64,000 nucleotides of DNA, from NCBI RefSeq assembly GCF_001194135.2, contig NC_069000.1, positions 25,244,972 through 25,308,971 on the forward strand. The letters run 5' to 3'. Within the stretch, counting starts at the first letter, position 1, and each line of letters begins with the position of its first letter. The notes beneath the pieces are model-generated. The model worked only from the letters and a program-made list of their open reading frames with translations, searched no databases and was not told the origin of the DNA. Position numbers and translations under genes: made by a program. Shown here piece after piece: positions 36,060-48,792 of the stretch. The DNA comes from Octopus bimaculoides. Lineage: Eukaryota.

Positions 36060-36720
36060 AAGGTATTGCCATGACGACAACCATAATCTCAAGTATTATG
36101 GTTTCTTTGATAACCTTAGTTTTGATATTCTCTTCCAAAAGGCTAATAAAAATCGTTTCAGTTGTTTACTCATCAACGAACTTCAAGCCATATTCAGCTA
36201 CCTATTTATTTGGTAGAATTTCTGGGATACATTCGGATATTTCCAGAAATAACTTCTATCTGAGTGTTTCATAACAAATTCCAATTTCATAGCTCTAGAA
36301 TGGATTCGAACCCCAAAGCTAGCAAGGAACTTAAAATACATATGTAAACGCTTAAAAAAGTAAAGGTTTACTTTTGAAGTCCAGTCTCATCATATCTGTA
36401 GATCTCAGAAATATGACCTCTAATGACAATTGGTGATTTATATTTAGTGCTGATGTGTTTGAAATAAAAGATGCCGTTTCTAAAGATGAAGTTAATATTT
36501 CGAAAAAATTATTATCCCGACTTAAATTATTTTGTGAATCACTTGACAAGTAAATCTAATTCAGATGTGATCTCTCTGAATTTAGTTGAAATGTTTTGCC
36601 CAATGTGATGTAAAAGTGTTGGCAGAGCTTCGTATAATATAACTGATTCAGTGAAAGAAGATACATGATTTTTGTCCCGTTAAATTTTGCTCTTGTTACT
36701 GAAATAGCATTTGGAGTATG
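36060..36720 (-). mobile_element. decayed CR1/L2/Jockey-group RT fragment
   Basis: Collinear minus-strand remnants HIGQNISTKF, RST(G)YDE, SRAMKLEFV, LMSKQLKRFL, GYQRNHNT resemble KSxGxD, PDAMKLAKV and QxGFRxxHST. Confidence 0.55.
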
Positions 36721-36954
36721 ATACTGAATTTCAAATCAAGTCGCGAATCTCTATATAGTCTCTCTATTCGCTAGAACTAGCAAGCAAACTTCCTGCAGTT
36801 CGTACCATGATACAGTAGTTCTAGTAGTGGTATTGTTAAAAACAGAAGATCGTAAGTCAAGTGCCTGTCTGTTGAATTAACGTTTCGCGTGTGGTGAAGT
36901 AACATACACAAACACTTACATACATACATATATATATATATGTGTATGTGTGTG

Positions 36955-37168
36955 TCTTTGAGTCTGTGTTTGTCCCCCTATCACCGCTTGACAACCGATG
37001 TTGGTGCGTTTACGTCTCCGTATCTTAGTTCCTTAGAAGAGACTGATAGATTAAGTACTAGGCTTAAAAAATAAGTCCTGGGATCGATTTATTCGACTAA
37101 ATCTTTCGAGATGGTGCTCCAGTATGGTCACAGTCAAATGACTGAAACAAGTAAAAGAATAAAAGAAT
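36955..37168 (+). mobile_element. family A SINE 3' module
   Basis: CTTGACAACCGATGTTGGTG..GACTGAAACAAGTAAAAGAATA. Confidence 0.85.
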
Positions 37169-37221
37169 TGATCTCTGTCAGTCTCTCTGTTCGTCCGTCT
37201 GTCTGTCTGGCTGTCTGGCTA

Positions 37222-37278
<57 letters not shown>

Positions 37279-38150
37279 TTATCTTGTCAGAATATTATTT
37301 CGCAAATTAATTCTAAATATGAAAATAGTTGTGTTCGAAAATTTATACCTACAGTAATATGTGTGTCAGTGGCGAGGACCAATATGTGTGTCACTGGCGA
37401 GGACACAACAAGCATTCTAGTGTTTAATAGAACATTGCAACTTTCTCTGCATATGGGAAAAGATACACACACGCGCATGCATGCGCGCGCGCACACACAC
37501 ACACACACACNNNNNNNNNNNNNNNNNNNNNNNNNNNNNNNNNNNNNNNNNNNNNNNNNNNNNNNNNNNNNNNNNNNNNNNNNNNNNNNNNNNNNNNNNN
37601 NNNNNNNNNNNNNNNNNNNNNNNNNNNNNNNNNNNNNNNNNNNNNNNNNNNNNNNNNNNNNNNNNNNNNNNNNNNNNNNNNNNNNNNNNNNNNNNNNNNN
37701 NNNNNNNNNNNNNNNNNNNNNNNNNNNNNNNNNNNNNNNNNNNNNNNNNNNNNNNNNNNNNNNNNNNNNNNNNNNNNNNNNNNNNNNNNNNNNNNNNNNN
37801 NNNNNNNNNNNNNNNNNNNNNNNNNNNNNNNNNNNNNNNNNNNNNNNNNNNNNNNNNNNNNNNNNNNNNNNNNNNNNNNNNNNNNNNNNNNNNNNNNNNN
37901 NNNNNNNNNNNNNNNNNNNNNNTGTTTAAGTATGTTTTGGATAACGTTAATCGGCATCATCGAACCAAATTTGTGTTTGGTATTTTATTTTATCAACCTC
38001 GAAAGGATGAAAAGCAAGGTTGACCTTGGTAGGATTTGAACTTAACATGAAGAGCTAGAAGGAATGCCGCAAAGTATGTTTTCTAACAGTTTAATGGTTC
38101 CACTAACTTTCTGCCTCATCGAGTTTGAGATGATAATGGTGATGATGATG

Positions 38151-38199
<49 letters not shown>

Positions 38200-38640
38200 T
38201 AATACTTTCCTCTTCAAACGGACAAGAAGTTAGAAAATAATAGACAAAATATTACAATATTAGACAAGGAAAAGCGAAGTTGCTTACTTACTGACCCATT
38301 ATGCACGTTTGATTCCAGGATCGTAAAAGAGAGGGAGAAAAACAAAGAAAACACTATCCTTTAAAATCTGAGATAGGAATAATTTGGAGCATGCGAGCAG
38401 TAAAGGATGTGTCTATAGTAATTGGTGCACTGGGAACAGTAAGCCATAGCCAAATGGGTGAAGGAGACTGAAACAATGCCTGGTAGAGCTCCTACAGAAA
38501 GTTTGCCTCTTAGGGACAGCAAGGATTATCAGGAGGTTCTAAGAATTTGAAAGACTGTCAAAAGACTGTTACAGGTAGTGACCGGCAACCACATAAATCC
38601 TACCAGGAATAAGACCAAACGCGAGCTTTGTTTCTATTAT
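38200..38640 (+). mobile_element. Dong-like 3' end (RLE domain) between (AAT)n arrays
   Basis: ILDKEKRSCLL..IVIGALGTV..LLQKVCLLGTARIIRR. Confidence 0.8.
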
Positions 38641-38701
<61 letters not shown>

Positions 38702-38702
<1 letters not shown>

Positions 38703-38945
38703 GTCGTTCCAGTTAACACGATTTTTTGCACTTCCTGTAGGGATGGTAAGCCTGGTATCATTTTCAAATAGGTTTCGGTACCATTTTTTTTATCATTCCT
38801 AGAGATCCTACAATCACTAGTACGCTAGTCGCCTTGAGGTGTCACATTTTTTCAATTTCTATTAGCAAGTCTTTATATTTACTGATCTTGTCAAATTCTT
38901 TCGCCGCTATATTATGATCACAGGGAATACTCATGTCAATAATAA
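38702..38945 (-). mobile_element. Dong-like RLE fragment, inverted relative to its neighbours
   Basis: IDMSIPCDHNIAAKEFDKISKYKDLLIEIEKM..IVGSLGMIK..QEVQKIVLTGT. Confidence 0.8.
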
Positions 38946-38954
38946 TAATAATTA

Positions 38955-41342
38955 TCATTATTATTTCATTTATTGGCCACCAGGGACGACATATAGGGAG
39001 ACAATACAGTAGACGTGGACTGGGGATTTTACACACAATAACGAGTACACAATTAAAACAATAACAATAATATCAAACAAGAAGAATATAACAATGAAAG
39101 TTCCCCAATAAGCGATAACCACCTGGGGTTGGCTCAGGTACCCCACCAATCCTGAACAATTCGCCGCTTCGAGGGCATCCGCTTCGAGGGCACCCTTCTC
39201 CCTCTCAAATTTACAAGCCAATGAGGAATTGGCCGAAGAGAAAAGTCTCTGCCTTCAGTCCTTTCAACCTGGTCTACCATACAACCTCTTTCGCTACTGC
39301 TCTCAGACAGAAGAAAATTGCCTACTCTTCCGGACCAATGAAAGGTGGTGGATCGATCTTCACTATGGACTCGGTCGATAGCTGGATCCGTCCTACACGT
39401 GATAACAACTGTTCAACATAACTCCACAAGTCACTAATGCACGGACACTGGACGAGTTTCATCGCTCTGTGCGCATCTCGGGCAGGTTCATCTGACAGCA
39501 CTTTCTTGCCCGTAAAGTTTATTTCTACAGTGCCCCCAGCCCCGATAGCACTACCAAGCAAGAGATTTCTGGAAGTTATCCATCGTCCCCGGCTCGAAAG
39601 TCCTGAAGAGATTGGTCAGTTCGACTTTGTCAACACCTAGCGCTTCTCCGAGTGTATCATCGCTCCTTCCCTTCACTAACCCTATATAGAACTCGAGAGT
39701 GGGTGTTTCACTGATCGCATTGCCTGACTGGTAGAGGGCAGAAGTGCCTGGCAATATTCCAGATGCCAGTCACCCTGTCTCGGTCTCTTCTTGACTCAGG
39801 ACTGCAGTTCAGTCAGGGAGACGAGCTGAGGAAGGGCCTGTTTGACAAACGGTGACCACACCTGTTCACTGTTCAGGCAGAATATCTGGAGACGCCGCAG
39901 CCTCAGAGCATGTCTGCGCATCATTAGCCACGGCATGCCCATCCCTCCGCGTAGAGGGTATTAGCAGCAGATGGATCACCTCACCAACGGAACCTGTCCC
40001 CTCCACAAAAATTTGAAGTGGAGGCGCTCCAGCTTGGTGAGGTGCGAACGGGGGTAAAGCACGACGGTCAAGCGGTAGTAGATGACGGACGCGATGTACG
40101 CATTCGCCACCTCCGCCCGACTTTTCAGTGACAGCTTCTTCGCAGCCCATTTCTGGGTGAGACTGGCTAACCTGCTCGTCACGTCGTCTCAATTTTCATC
40201 CACTTGGAGATCTGATCCGAACCAAGCAACTTTACCGGTGCGTCCGTCCAGCGCCCAACGACGCTGATGGACGGCATGGACTTGCCTCTCCAGGTGCCGA
40301 GTTACAAGTCCACCGACTTTTCCGGGTTAAGTTTTGCTCCCTTTAACTTTTCATATTCCTCTCATGATGTGACACCTCGATGGTGTCCGACACCATCACG
40401 GTGATGTCGTCCGCATAAGCCGACATAGCCCTTCAGCGTCCCGGTTCGAGCGGGATATCCTGTAGTAGCTCCAGCTTCAGCAGTAAAGGCTCAAGAGTCA
40501 ATACGTACAGAAGGGAGGAGAGAAGGTTCTCTTGATGGACCGATCGTGAGATCTGAAACGGTTCCGAGAGGTGGCCATTAACTTTGACCACCGAGCAGAT
40601 ACTGCTGTGCATTGCAGCGATTCAACCTCTGAAGACGGGGCCGAAGCCAGTCACTTTGAGGTCAGCTTCCAGGTACCGATTGTCGATCCTATTGAATGCT
40701 TTCAATTGATTTAAATGGATCAGCACTCCAGCTTTACACCCTACACTTTCTATGATGTATCGCACGAGGTGGAGGTTGTCGTGTATGGATCTGGTCAGGA
40801 TTGCGCCTCCCCAACCAAATCCTCGACGACAAGCGCCAACCTCATCGCTAACACATTGGCCAAAATCTTAAACTCTGTGTTAAGCAGAGTTATGAGCCTG
40901 AAGTTATCTAACGTGTCCCTCTTGTTTTCACCTTTCCTTATCAGCGTCACTACTCAGATCTGGTAATACACCCATTTTGCTGCCAGCTGCAGTAGAGCGT
41001 TTCGAGGAGATCGGAGAACAAATCTGGCATATTTACGTAAAGCTCGTAGGGCAGACCATCTAAACCGGGTGACTTGCGCCTCGTGCAGCCGACAAGGGCA
41101 TCCTGAATTTCGGCTAAAGTTATCTGTCTTTCACAGCACTCAGCGTCAGCCGTCGAGGTAGGGACTGAAGTCCGCCACCGTCTCTGCCTCGCCAAAATGC
41201 TGGCGAAAGGAATTGCTCAGCTCGTGTCGGTCTCGGTCTGTCAAAGATTGAGTTGTGGTTTTATTATCACGCTGCACCTTCACCATGCGGGCCCATCAAA
41301 CAGATTTGATCCCCTTGTTTCTTAGATCACGCGCCTTAACCA
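38955..41342 (-). mobile_element. Tx1/L1-like LINE, 5'-truncated (RT, C-terminus and 3' UTR)
   Basis: RKSPGLDGLPYELY; MSAYADDITV; QKWAAKKLSLKSRAEVANAYIASVIYYRL; DNFQKSLAW; 3' UTR homologous to 59820-59878. Confidence 0.9.
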
Positions 41343-41344
41343 GA

Positions 41345-42672
41345 TGGCATTAAAATCATTGAAATGGGGAGAGAGTTATAAGTATCTAGGAGTATTAGAA
41401 TCTAACAGAGTTCTAACTATAGAAATGAAAACGAAAATCGAGGAGTACATCAAAAGGGTGAGGAAGCTAATGAAGTTAAAGCTAAATGGTCCGAATCTAG
41501 TGAAGTCTGCAAATACTTGGGCAGTATTATTACTTAGGTACTTAGCAACTTTTGTAGATGGACAAAAACTGAATTAGCAAAGCTAGACAGAAGAACTAGG
41601 AAGGAATTCAACATGAATGGAAGACTCCACTCAAGGGCAGGAGTAGCAAGATTATACTTACCTAGAAAGAATGGCAGAAGAGGGTTAATATCAGTGGAAG
41701 ACTGCGTGGAGTTAGCTTGAGTAGATATAGACTCCTATGTAGGTAAGAGTTTATTAATAGCTGCTAGAGTCATAGCAAAACATAGGGAAACCAAAAACAC
41801 AAAGGAAGTTAAAAACTAGAAAAAAGAGCAGAAATTATCTGACTGGCAGGAGAAGGCATTGCATGGTAGATTCCTAAAGATAGTTGCAGCAAATAGTAGC
41901 AGTGAGATATGGTTATGATTGTAGAAAAGAAGGCCGAAAAGGGAGACAGAAAGTTTGTTATTAGCAGCACAAGATCAAGCCATAAGGACTAATTGAATAA
42001 AAGCCAAGATAGACAAAAACCAAGTAGATTCCCAATGTAGATTATACAAATCAAAAGCGGAAAGCGTTACTCATGTAGTAAGTGAATGTGGCATGCTGGC
42101 ACAGAAAGAATACAAAAAAGACATAACTATGTACGGAGAGTAATTCACTGGAGAGTTGTGTAGAAAGCTAGGATTTGAATATACTAGTAAATGGTATGAA
42201 CATGAACCTGGTAAAGTACTAGAAAGTAAGAAATACAAGATGTTGTGGGACTTTAACATTCAGACTGACTGAGTAATAGAAGCTAGAAGGCTTGATTTGA
42301 TTTAGTCGTAGAATAGAAAGAATGCTACATAAAATAGAAAGTGCTACATAATTGACTTAACAGTCTCAAATTATGAAAAAATCAATATGAAGGGTATTGA
42401 AAAAATAGCAAAGGACTAGAACCTAGCCATTGAATAACAGAGACTATGGAATATGCGGGTAAAATGTATCCAAGTAGTTACAGGTGCACTGGGAACTATC
42501 CCTAAAAATTTGAATAGAGGGATAGAGGAAATAAGCATGAAACCCAATTTAGTACAACTCCAGAAAACAGTGTTATTAGGGACAGCCAGGATACTTAGGA
42601 GGATTCTTGGCATTTAAGGTTACTTGTTGTAGCCCGATGTCAGAGTTTCTTTCTTTTCCAACAGTCTAATCT
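41345..42672 (+). mobile_element. Dong-like LINE, 5'-truncated, ending in (AAT)n
   Basis: ESYKYLGVLE..RVRKLMKLKLNGPNL; AAQDQAIRT; LQKTVLLGTARILRRILGI*. Confidence 0.9.
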
Positions 42673-42678
42673 GTTGTG

Positions 42679-42743
<65 letters not shown>

Positions 42744-42789
42744 TGATGATGATAATAATATTAATGATAACAACAACAACAACAACAAC

Positions 42790-43917
42790 AAGTGTATGAA
42801 CTTATTTGGTATTGCATCGAATGTTGAGCGAGTGCTTGGAAAGAGTATGGCGAATTGGAGGACGGACCTAATATTGATTGTGAGAAAAGCAAAAGCTGGG
42901 TATGTATTCAAAAGCCGCCAGCAAAACGTCAACCATTTGTTATTCATGGATGACCTCAAACTTTATGGTACAGATGAAACCCAAGTCAGTTCCCTCGTTG
43001 ATACGGTGAATACCTTCAGTGCTGATATCAGAATGGAGTTTGGACTGAGAAAGTGTCGTGTGTTAATCTTGAAGAGAGGCAAAATCAAATGCATGGACGG
43101 GCTAACGATACCGTCGGGGGAGGTTATGAAGCGGATAGAAGAGACGAGCTATAAGTACTTGGGGATTTTGGAAATGGATAAATTGATGGAGAAAGAAATG
43201 ACAAAAAAAAATTAAGGTGGAGTACTTGCGCAGACAGAGTCTGATCCTTAAGTCGAAATTAAATGGAGGGAATAAGATCAAAGCTATCAACACCTTAGAT
43301 AAGGAGCAGGGGTAATCACATGGACAGTAGACGAACTAAACAGCTTAGACAGAAAGACAAGAAAGTTAATAACTAGATATGGGTCACTCCACCCGAAAAG
43401 TGACATAGACAGACTGTATGTACCATGAAAAAGAGGGGGAAGAGCAAAAGAAAACAACATAGCATGGTATGTAAAAAAAGAATACAAGCTCCGCCACAAT
43501 AAAGTGTGTGTGTATCTTCATTGGCCTTATGCCGCAAATACTAATATGAAATAACAGATAACTGGTATGAGCATGTACCAAATAAAGTTATGCAGGAAGA
43601 TGGAAAACTAACGATACTATGGGACTATGATTTTCAGAGAGATCGTGTAATTGAATACCGTCGGCCAGATATTGTCATATTGAATAAGAGAGATAAATAC
43701 TGTCAGATCATTGATGTAGCCATACCAAATGATATGAATGCTGTGAGTAAAGAGATTGAGAAAATCACCAATCAAATCACCAATCAAAACTTCTTAAGGC
43801 AACTGGAAATCCCATGCAAGATTGATGTCTTGCAAAAAGCAGCCTTATTGGGCACAGCGCACATCTCAAGGAAAGTATTATCTGTTTGAGGTCCTTGTTG
43901 TAACTTGACAGAGAGAA
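42790..43917 (+). mobile_element. chimeric Dong-like remnant: RT of one subfamily joined at about 43470 to the 3' end of the 48792/55010 subfamily; (AAT)n on both sides
   Basis: NHLLFMDDLKLYG, MEFGLRKC, SYKYLGILE; then RRPDIVILNK..IIDVAIPND..LQKAALLGTAHI. Confidence 0.85.
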
Positions 43918-43938
43918 ATAATAATGATGATGATGATG

Positions 43939-44029
<91 letters not shown>

Positions 44030-44054
44030 TGACAAAGAGAAATAATAATGATAC

Positions 44055-45900
44055 TAATAAAACCTACCATATACCCATAAGAAGTGGGATTTTCTAGGGA
44101 GACTTACTGTCGTCCCTGCTTTTCTGACTTTCTCTGACCCCGCTAACAAACTTGTTAAACGAAACCACCATGTGTTATAGGCGCTATAGACAAACAATAA
44201 ACCATCTCCTGCATCTGGATGAGCTAAAATATTTCGCTAAAGCACCATGGAACACAGAAACCTTATTAAAATAGTTTCAGTAAAGATATCGGAATGAGCA
44301 TGGGGATGGACATATGTGCCGCGGCCCACCGAGAAGAGGTAAATTAATCAGCACTGAAAATACTGCAATCGACATAGACACAGAAATTAGAGAATTAGAT
44401 TGCAACCGCCCATACAAATATCTAGGGACTAGATGAAACAGCTAAAATACAACTCACAGAAATGAAAGAAAATTAGGAGAGAGTATTATAGAAGAGTTAG
44501 ACTAGTACTGAAGACTGAACTTACCACAAAAAATAAGATAATAGGGATAAACACGCTAGCCATGCAACTTTAACACAATAAACTGGAAGATCGGTGAATT
44601 GAGAAACCTAGATAGAAAAACCAGAAAACTACTAACAGCGTACCGAAGACCCCACCCCAAAGCAAACGCAGACAGAATATATCTTCCGCGTTCAGAAGGG
44701 AGTCGTAGCCTGATACAGATAGAGAACTACTATAACAGCAGTTGGACGAGGTAAGTACTTAGAAACAAAGAGTGGAAGACTACTGCATGTAGTAAAGCAA
44801 TACGAGAAAAAGAAAACGCTTTTCTCTATACACAACGAGGCGACAAAATACAAAACAGAAACAAACTTCACTGACACACTAACCTCAGATGACAACATCG
44901 CAGAAACAGCTAAAGAGGCAAAAAACAACATGAGAACAGAATTACAAAAGATCCTGGAGAAGAAATGGAGAGAAAAATCTCTTCATGGCCATTACCCTGC
45001 AAGGCTTGACAGAGAGGAAGTGAGCCTAAGTAAAAGCCAACAATGGCTCAAAAGCTCTGGACTAAAAGCTGAAACAGAAGGACTGATTCTCGATGCACAA
45101 GACCAATGCCTGACTACAAACAGTTATAAAAACAAAATAATGAAAACAGGCTTCAACACCAAATGCAGAATGTGCAACCAGCACAATGAGACAGTTGACC
45201 ACATCATTTCGGGCTGCCCAGTCCTTGTCTTATCTGAATATATATACAGACACGACAGAGTAAGCAGTTATACCCACTGGACAATATGCCAACATTACAA
45301 CATTAAAATTGACAACATGTGCCAAGCAAGGTACAAGACAATGACCAGGCCACAATCAGCTGGGACATGCTGGTTCAAACCGACAAAGAAATAAAAGCTA
45401 ATCGCCCAGACATAATAATCAAGGATTGGTAAAAAGCGGCCCCTGCTTACTGATAGACATCGCAGTCCCTTCTGATCAAAACATTGTCAAAAAAAAAAAA
45501 AAGTGGAGAAATTGTTAAAGTACAAAGACCTCGAAATTGAAGTATTCAAGATGTGGGGCATGAAAGTAAAAACAATATCAATAATAATTGGAGCATTGGG
45601 CATGATAAAGAAACATGTGAATAAAAATGTAGAAGCTATACCAAGATCTTCAACACTACACACTATCCAAAAAATAGCTCTGCTAGGAACATCCCACATC
45701 CTACGCAAGGCACTATCAATCCAATAATACAACCTAAACAAAACAACTGACAAATACAAGACACATTCTATATAGCAATTGTCCAGTGAAATAAACTGCT
45801 AGAAGCAATCCGTATAACCATTGCATTAGACACTCAACACACAATACAAACAGTAACACAACAAAAGGCTGCACCACACCTCAAGAGAAAAGAAGGACTA
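44055..45900 (+). mobile_element. Dong-like LINE (RT motif 4 to RLE and 3' UTR), decayed
   Basis: NHLLHLDELK; WLKSSGLKAETEGLILDAQDQ; CRMCNQHNETVDHIISGCPVL; IQKIALLGTSHILRKALSIQ*. Confidence 0.9.
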
Positions 45901-46046
45901 ACTAACACAATACAATAGCGGGAAGAGTTTGCACACTCCCAACAGCAGAAAAGAACATACAATGCTGCACACACCCCAGCAACACGGTGGTGTAGCAGAT
46001 GATGCAGTAGAAATTTGCCTCAGTCTACCAAATGTTGCACAGTTAT

Positions 46047-46107
<61 letters not shown>

Positions 46108-46159
46108 ATCATATTTATTATTATTTAAATCGTAGTTATTATTATTATTGCTATTAACA

Positions 46160-46735
46160 ATAAATCATTATCTGTGGCTGCCCAGTCCTGGCTAAGAAGG
46201 AATATATTCACAGACACGACAGAGTTGAGACCTATATACACNNNNNNNNNNNNNNNNNNNNNNNNNNNNNNNNNNNNNNNNNNNNNNNNNNNNNNNNNNN
46301 NNNNNNNNNNNNNNNNNNNNNNNNNNNNNNNNNNNNNNNNNNNNNNNNNNNNNNNNNNNNNNNNNNNNNNNNNNNNNNNNNNNNNNNNNNNNNNNNNNNN
46401 NNNNNNNNNNNNNNNNNNNNNNNNNNNNNNNNNNNNNNNNNNNNNNNNNNNNNNNNNNNNNNNNNNNNNNNNNNNNNAAACAGAAACAATTCCTATCATA
46501 GTAGGCGCCTTAGGTATAATAAAAAAATATTCAGACAAATACATAACAAAAACACCAGGACTTACAGATATATATAACATACAGAAAATTGCACTACTGG
46601 GCACTGCACACATCCTACGCAAAACACTTTCAATACAGTAACCATAAGAGCATTACAGCAAACCACAGCACGTACCCAAGGCACACAGAGCTGCACTCGG
46701 TAGTGAAGTGAAAGTACGTTATAAAAATAAAAGTA

Positions 46736-46740
<5 letters not shown>
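46160..46740 (+). mobile_element. short Dong-like 3' copy, ending in (AAT)n
   Basis: IISGCPVLAKKEYIHRHDRV [gap] IVGALGIIKK..IQKIALLGTAHILRKTLSIQ*. Confidence 0.85.
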
Positions 46741-46813
<73 letters not shown>

Positions 46814-47199
46814 CGGTGTACTGGATATGGTAAAAGTGAACATGAACACGTACAAAAATAGATAGAAAACAATAAAACTGCATTGGGGCAAATTTGCACT
46901 CTGTCTTAAAATATAAGTCATCTAGGCCAAGGCCAGACTACACAACTCGTTTTCAGTTCAATGACGCATTTTCCACAATGTCACTTCTGTCACGTTTTTC
47001 CCATGTCACACATATTCAACCCAATCACCACTCAATAAAATAGCAATTCACACAGTAAGAGTTATTAGAGAAGAACGCTTTCACTGCAAATATGCAAAAC
47101 ACTAAAATAACACAAGAAACAACAAAATTAAGTCACACGAGGAAAAAAATATAGAAGTAACTCACACATATACGCATACGCTCTTGCGTGCAAGTATGT

Positions 47200-47610
47200 T
47201 ACCCCTAATCTCAAAGATAATTTTGCATACTTCCAAAGAATAAAAAAGTATTATAGGAATAAAAAGGTATTTGGATATGATATTAAATACTCGCATGAAT
47301 TGTTGAAAAGTAATAAGTATAAGAAAGGACTGAGAAAGAAGTTGCAGGAATGTGGAGGATGAAAAAACTTGAAGACATTTGCCTAAAATAGTAGGGATGA
47401 TTCTTTGCACAGTCAAGAAGAAATTCAAATCATCTTTGGAGATTGGAATTGAAATTCGAATATGTCTATTACAGAAAAAAGCATTATTAGTAACGATAAA
47501 GATCCTGACGAAGATGCCCAATGACTGAGTCAATGAAGGAACTTTTAAAGGATCCTTAGTTACAGTTTATGACTCCCTACTTGACTTGTAAAATGACAAA
47601 AGGCCTGTCT
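47200..47610 (+). mobile_element. decayed Dong-like RLE 3' end
   Basis: IVGMILCTVKKKFKSSLEIGIEIRICLLQKKALLVTIKIL. Confidence 0.65.
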
Positions 47611-47624
47611 GCAAATAATCCTTG

Positions 47625-48060
47625 CTACTATATGAACAAGGCATGCAATTTTATGGGACGAGAGCTAGTAAATTTTATCATCCTAAGTGCTTGATTGGTG
47701 CTTATTTTATCGATCCTGAAAGGCTAAAACAAGTCTACCCTGGTGGAATTTGAACTCAGAAAGTAAAACCAGTAGAAATGCTGCAGAATATTTTGTCCAG
47801 CGCTGTAACGATTCTGCCAGCTCGCTACTTTTTGTCTGTTACAATAATAGCAAATTCCTGATTTTCGCACAAGGCCAACAATTTAATGGGGAAGGTTTTA
47901 GTCAGTGTCACGCATCCCAGTGCTTCATTGGTACATTTTATCGACGCCAGAAAGATGAAAGGCAAAGCTGTCTTTAGTAGGAATTGAATTTAAAAAAGCA
48001 GAATGCCGTAACAAATAATGTTAGGCATTTTGTCCGACGCTTTATTGATTCTCTAAGCTC
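47625..48060 (-). mobile_element. two tandem family B SINEs
   Basis: Both carry ATTTTATCGA..AAAG..AAAG..GGAATT.GAA and the TTCTGCCAGCTCGC or TGATTCTCTAAGCTC head. Confidence 0.75.
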
Positions 48061-48089
48061 AATGCTTTCATCATCTTCATCATCATCAT

Positions 48090-48149
<60 letters not shown>

Positions 48150-48515
48150 CCCAGCGATGGTTGAGAAGCTCAGGACTCAAAGCAAAGACTGAAGGATTTT
48201 TAATTGCTGCACAAGATTAAAGCCTCCCCACCAGAAATTACCATAACAAGTAGCTGTGCCAACACTATGGAATAACAACAGAAAAAAGATGGTATAGACA
48301 CACGCCAGAAAAGGTCACAGAAAACGAGAAAGCAACCATACTCTGGGATATGCCATACAGAAAATTGCACTACTGGGCACTGCACACATCATACGCAAAA
48401 CACTTTCAATACAGTAACCATAAGAGCACCACAGCAAACCACAGCACATACCCAAGGCGAACAGAGCTACGCTCGGTAGTGAAGTGAAAGCACGTTATAA
48501 AAATTAAACTACTGA
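48150..48515 (+). mobile_element. doubly deleted short Dong-like copy, same subfamily as 46160; (AAT)n on both sides
   Basis: WLRSSGLKAKTEGFLIAAQD; EKATILWDMP; 3' UTR nearly identical to 46630-46740. Confidence 0.85.
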
Positions 48516-48619
48516 ACAATAATAATAATAATAATAATAAAAGAACATTATCGCTGTGAAAACAACATCCATTCATGAATTTTTTTAATTTATTAATTTT
48601 TAAAAAATACATATTTTAC

Positions 48620-48670
48620 CTGTGAATTTGCGTGTGTAAACTGGGAATGCATACAATGAGTTTCTCTGCC
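48620..48670 (-). CDS. unverified 51-nt candidate exon
   Basis: Long polypyrimidine tract, CACCTAG| acceptor, CAG|GTAAAA donor; all three frames open (e.g. QRNSLYAFPVYTRKFT). Confidence 0.25.
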
Positions 48671-48737
48671 CTAGGTGTACGGAAAACCCTCGGCGAAAAA
48701 TAGAAGAAAATTTGAAGGAAGAAGAAAAAAAAGCAAC

Positions 48738-48791
<54 letters not shown>

Positions 48792-48792
<1 letters not shown>

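Noticed and set aside
36062-36549. Two plausible + strand exons (YCHDDNHNLKYYGFF.. and ADVFEIKDAVSKDE..)
   Set aside because: The opposite strand carries collinear CR1-type RT motifs, so the open frames are best explained as antisense shadows of a decayed LINE.
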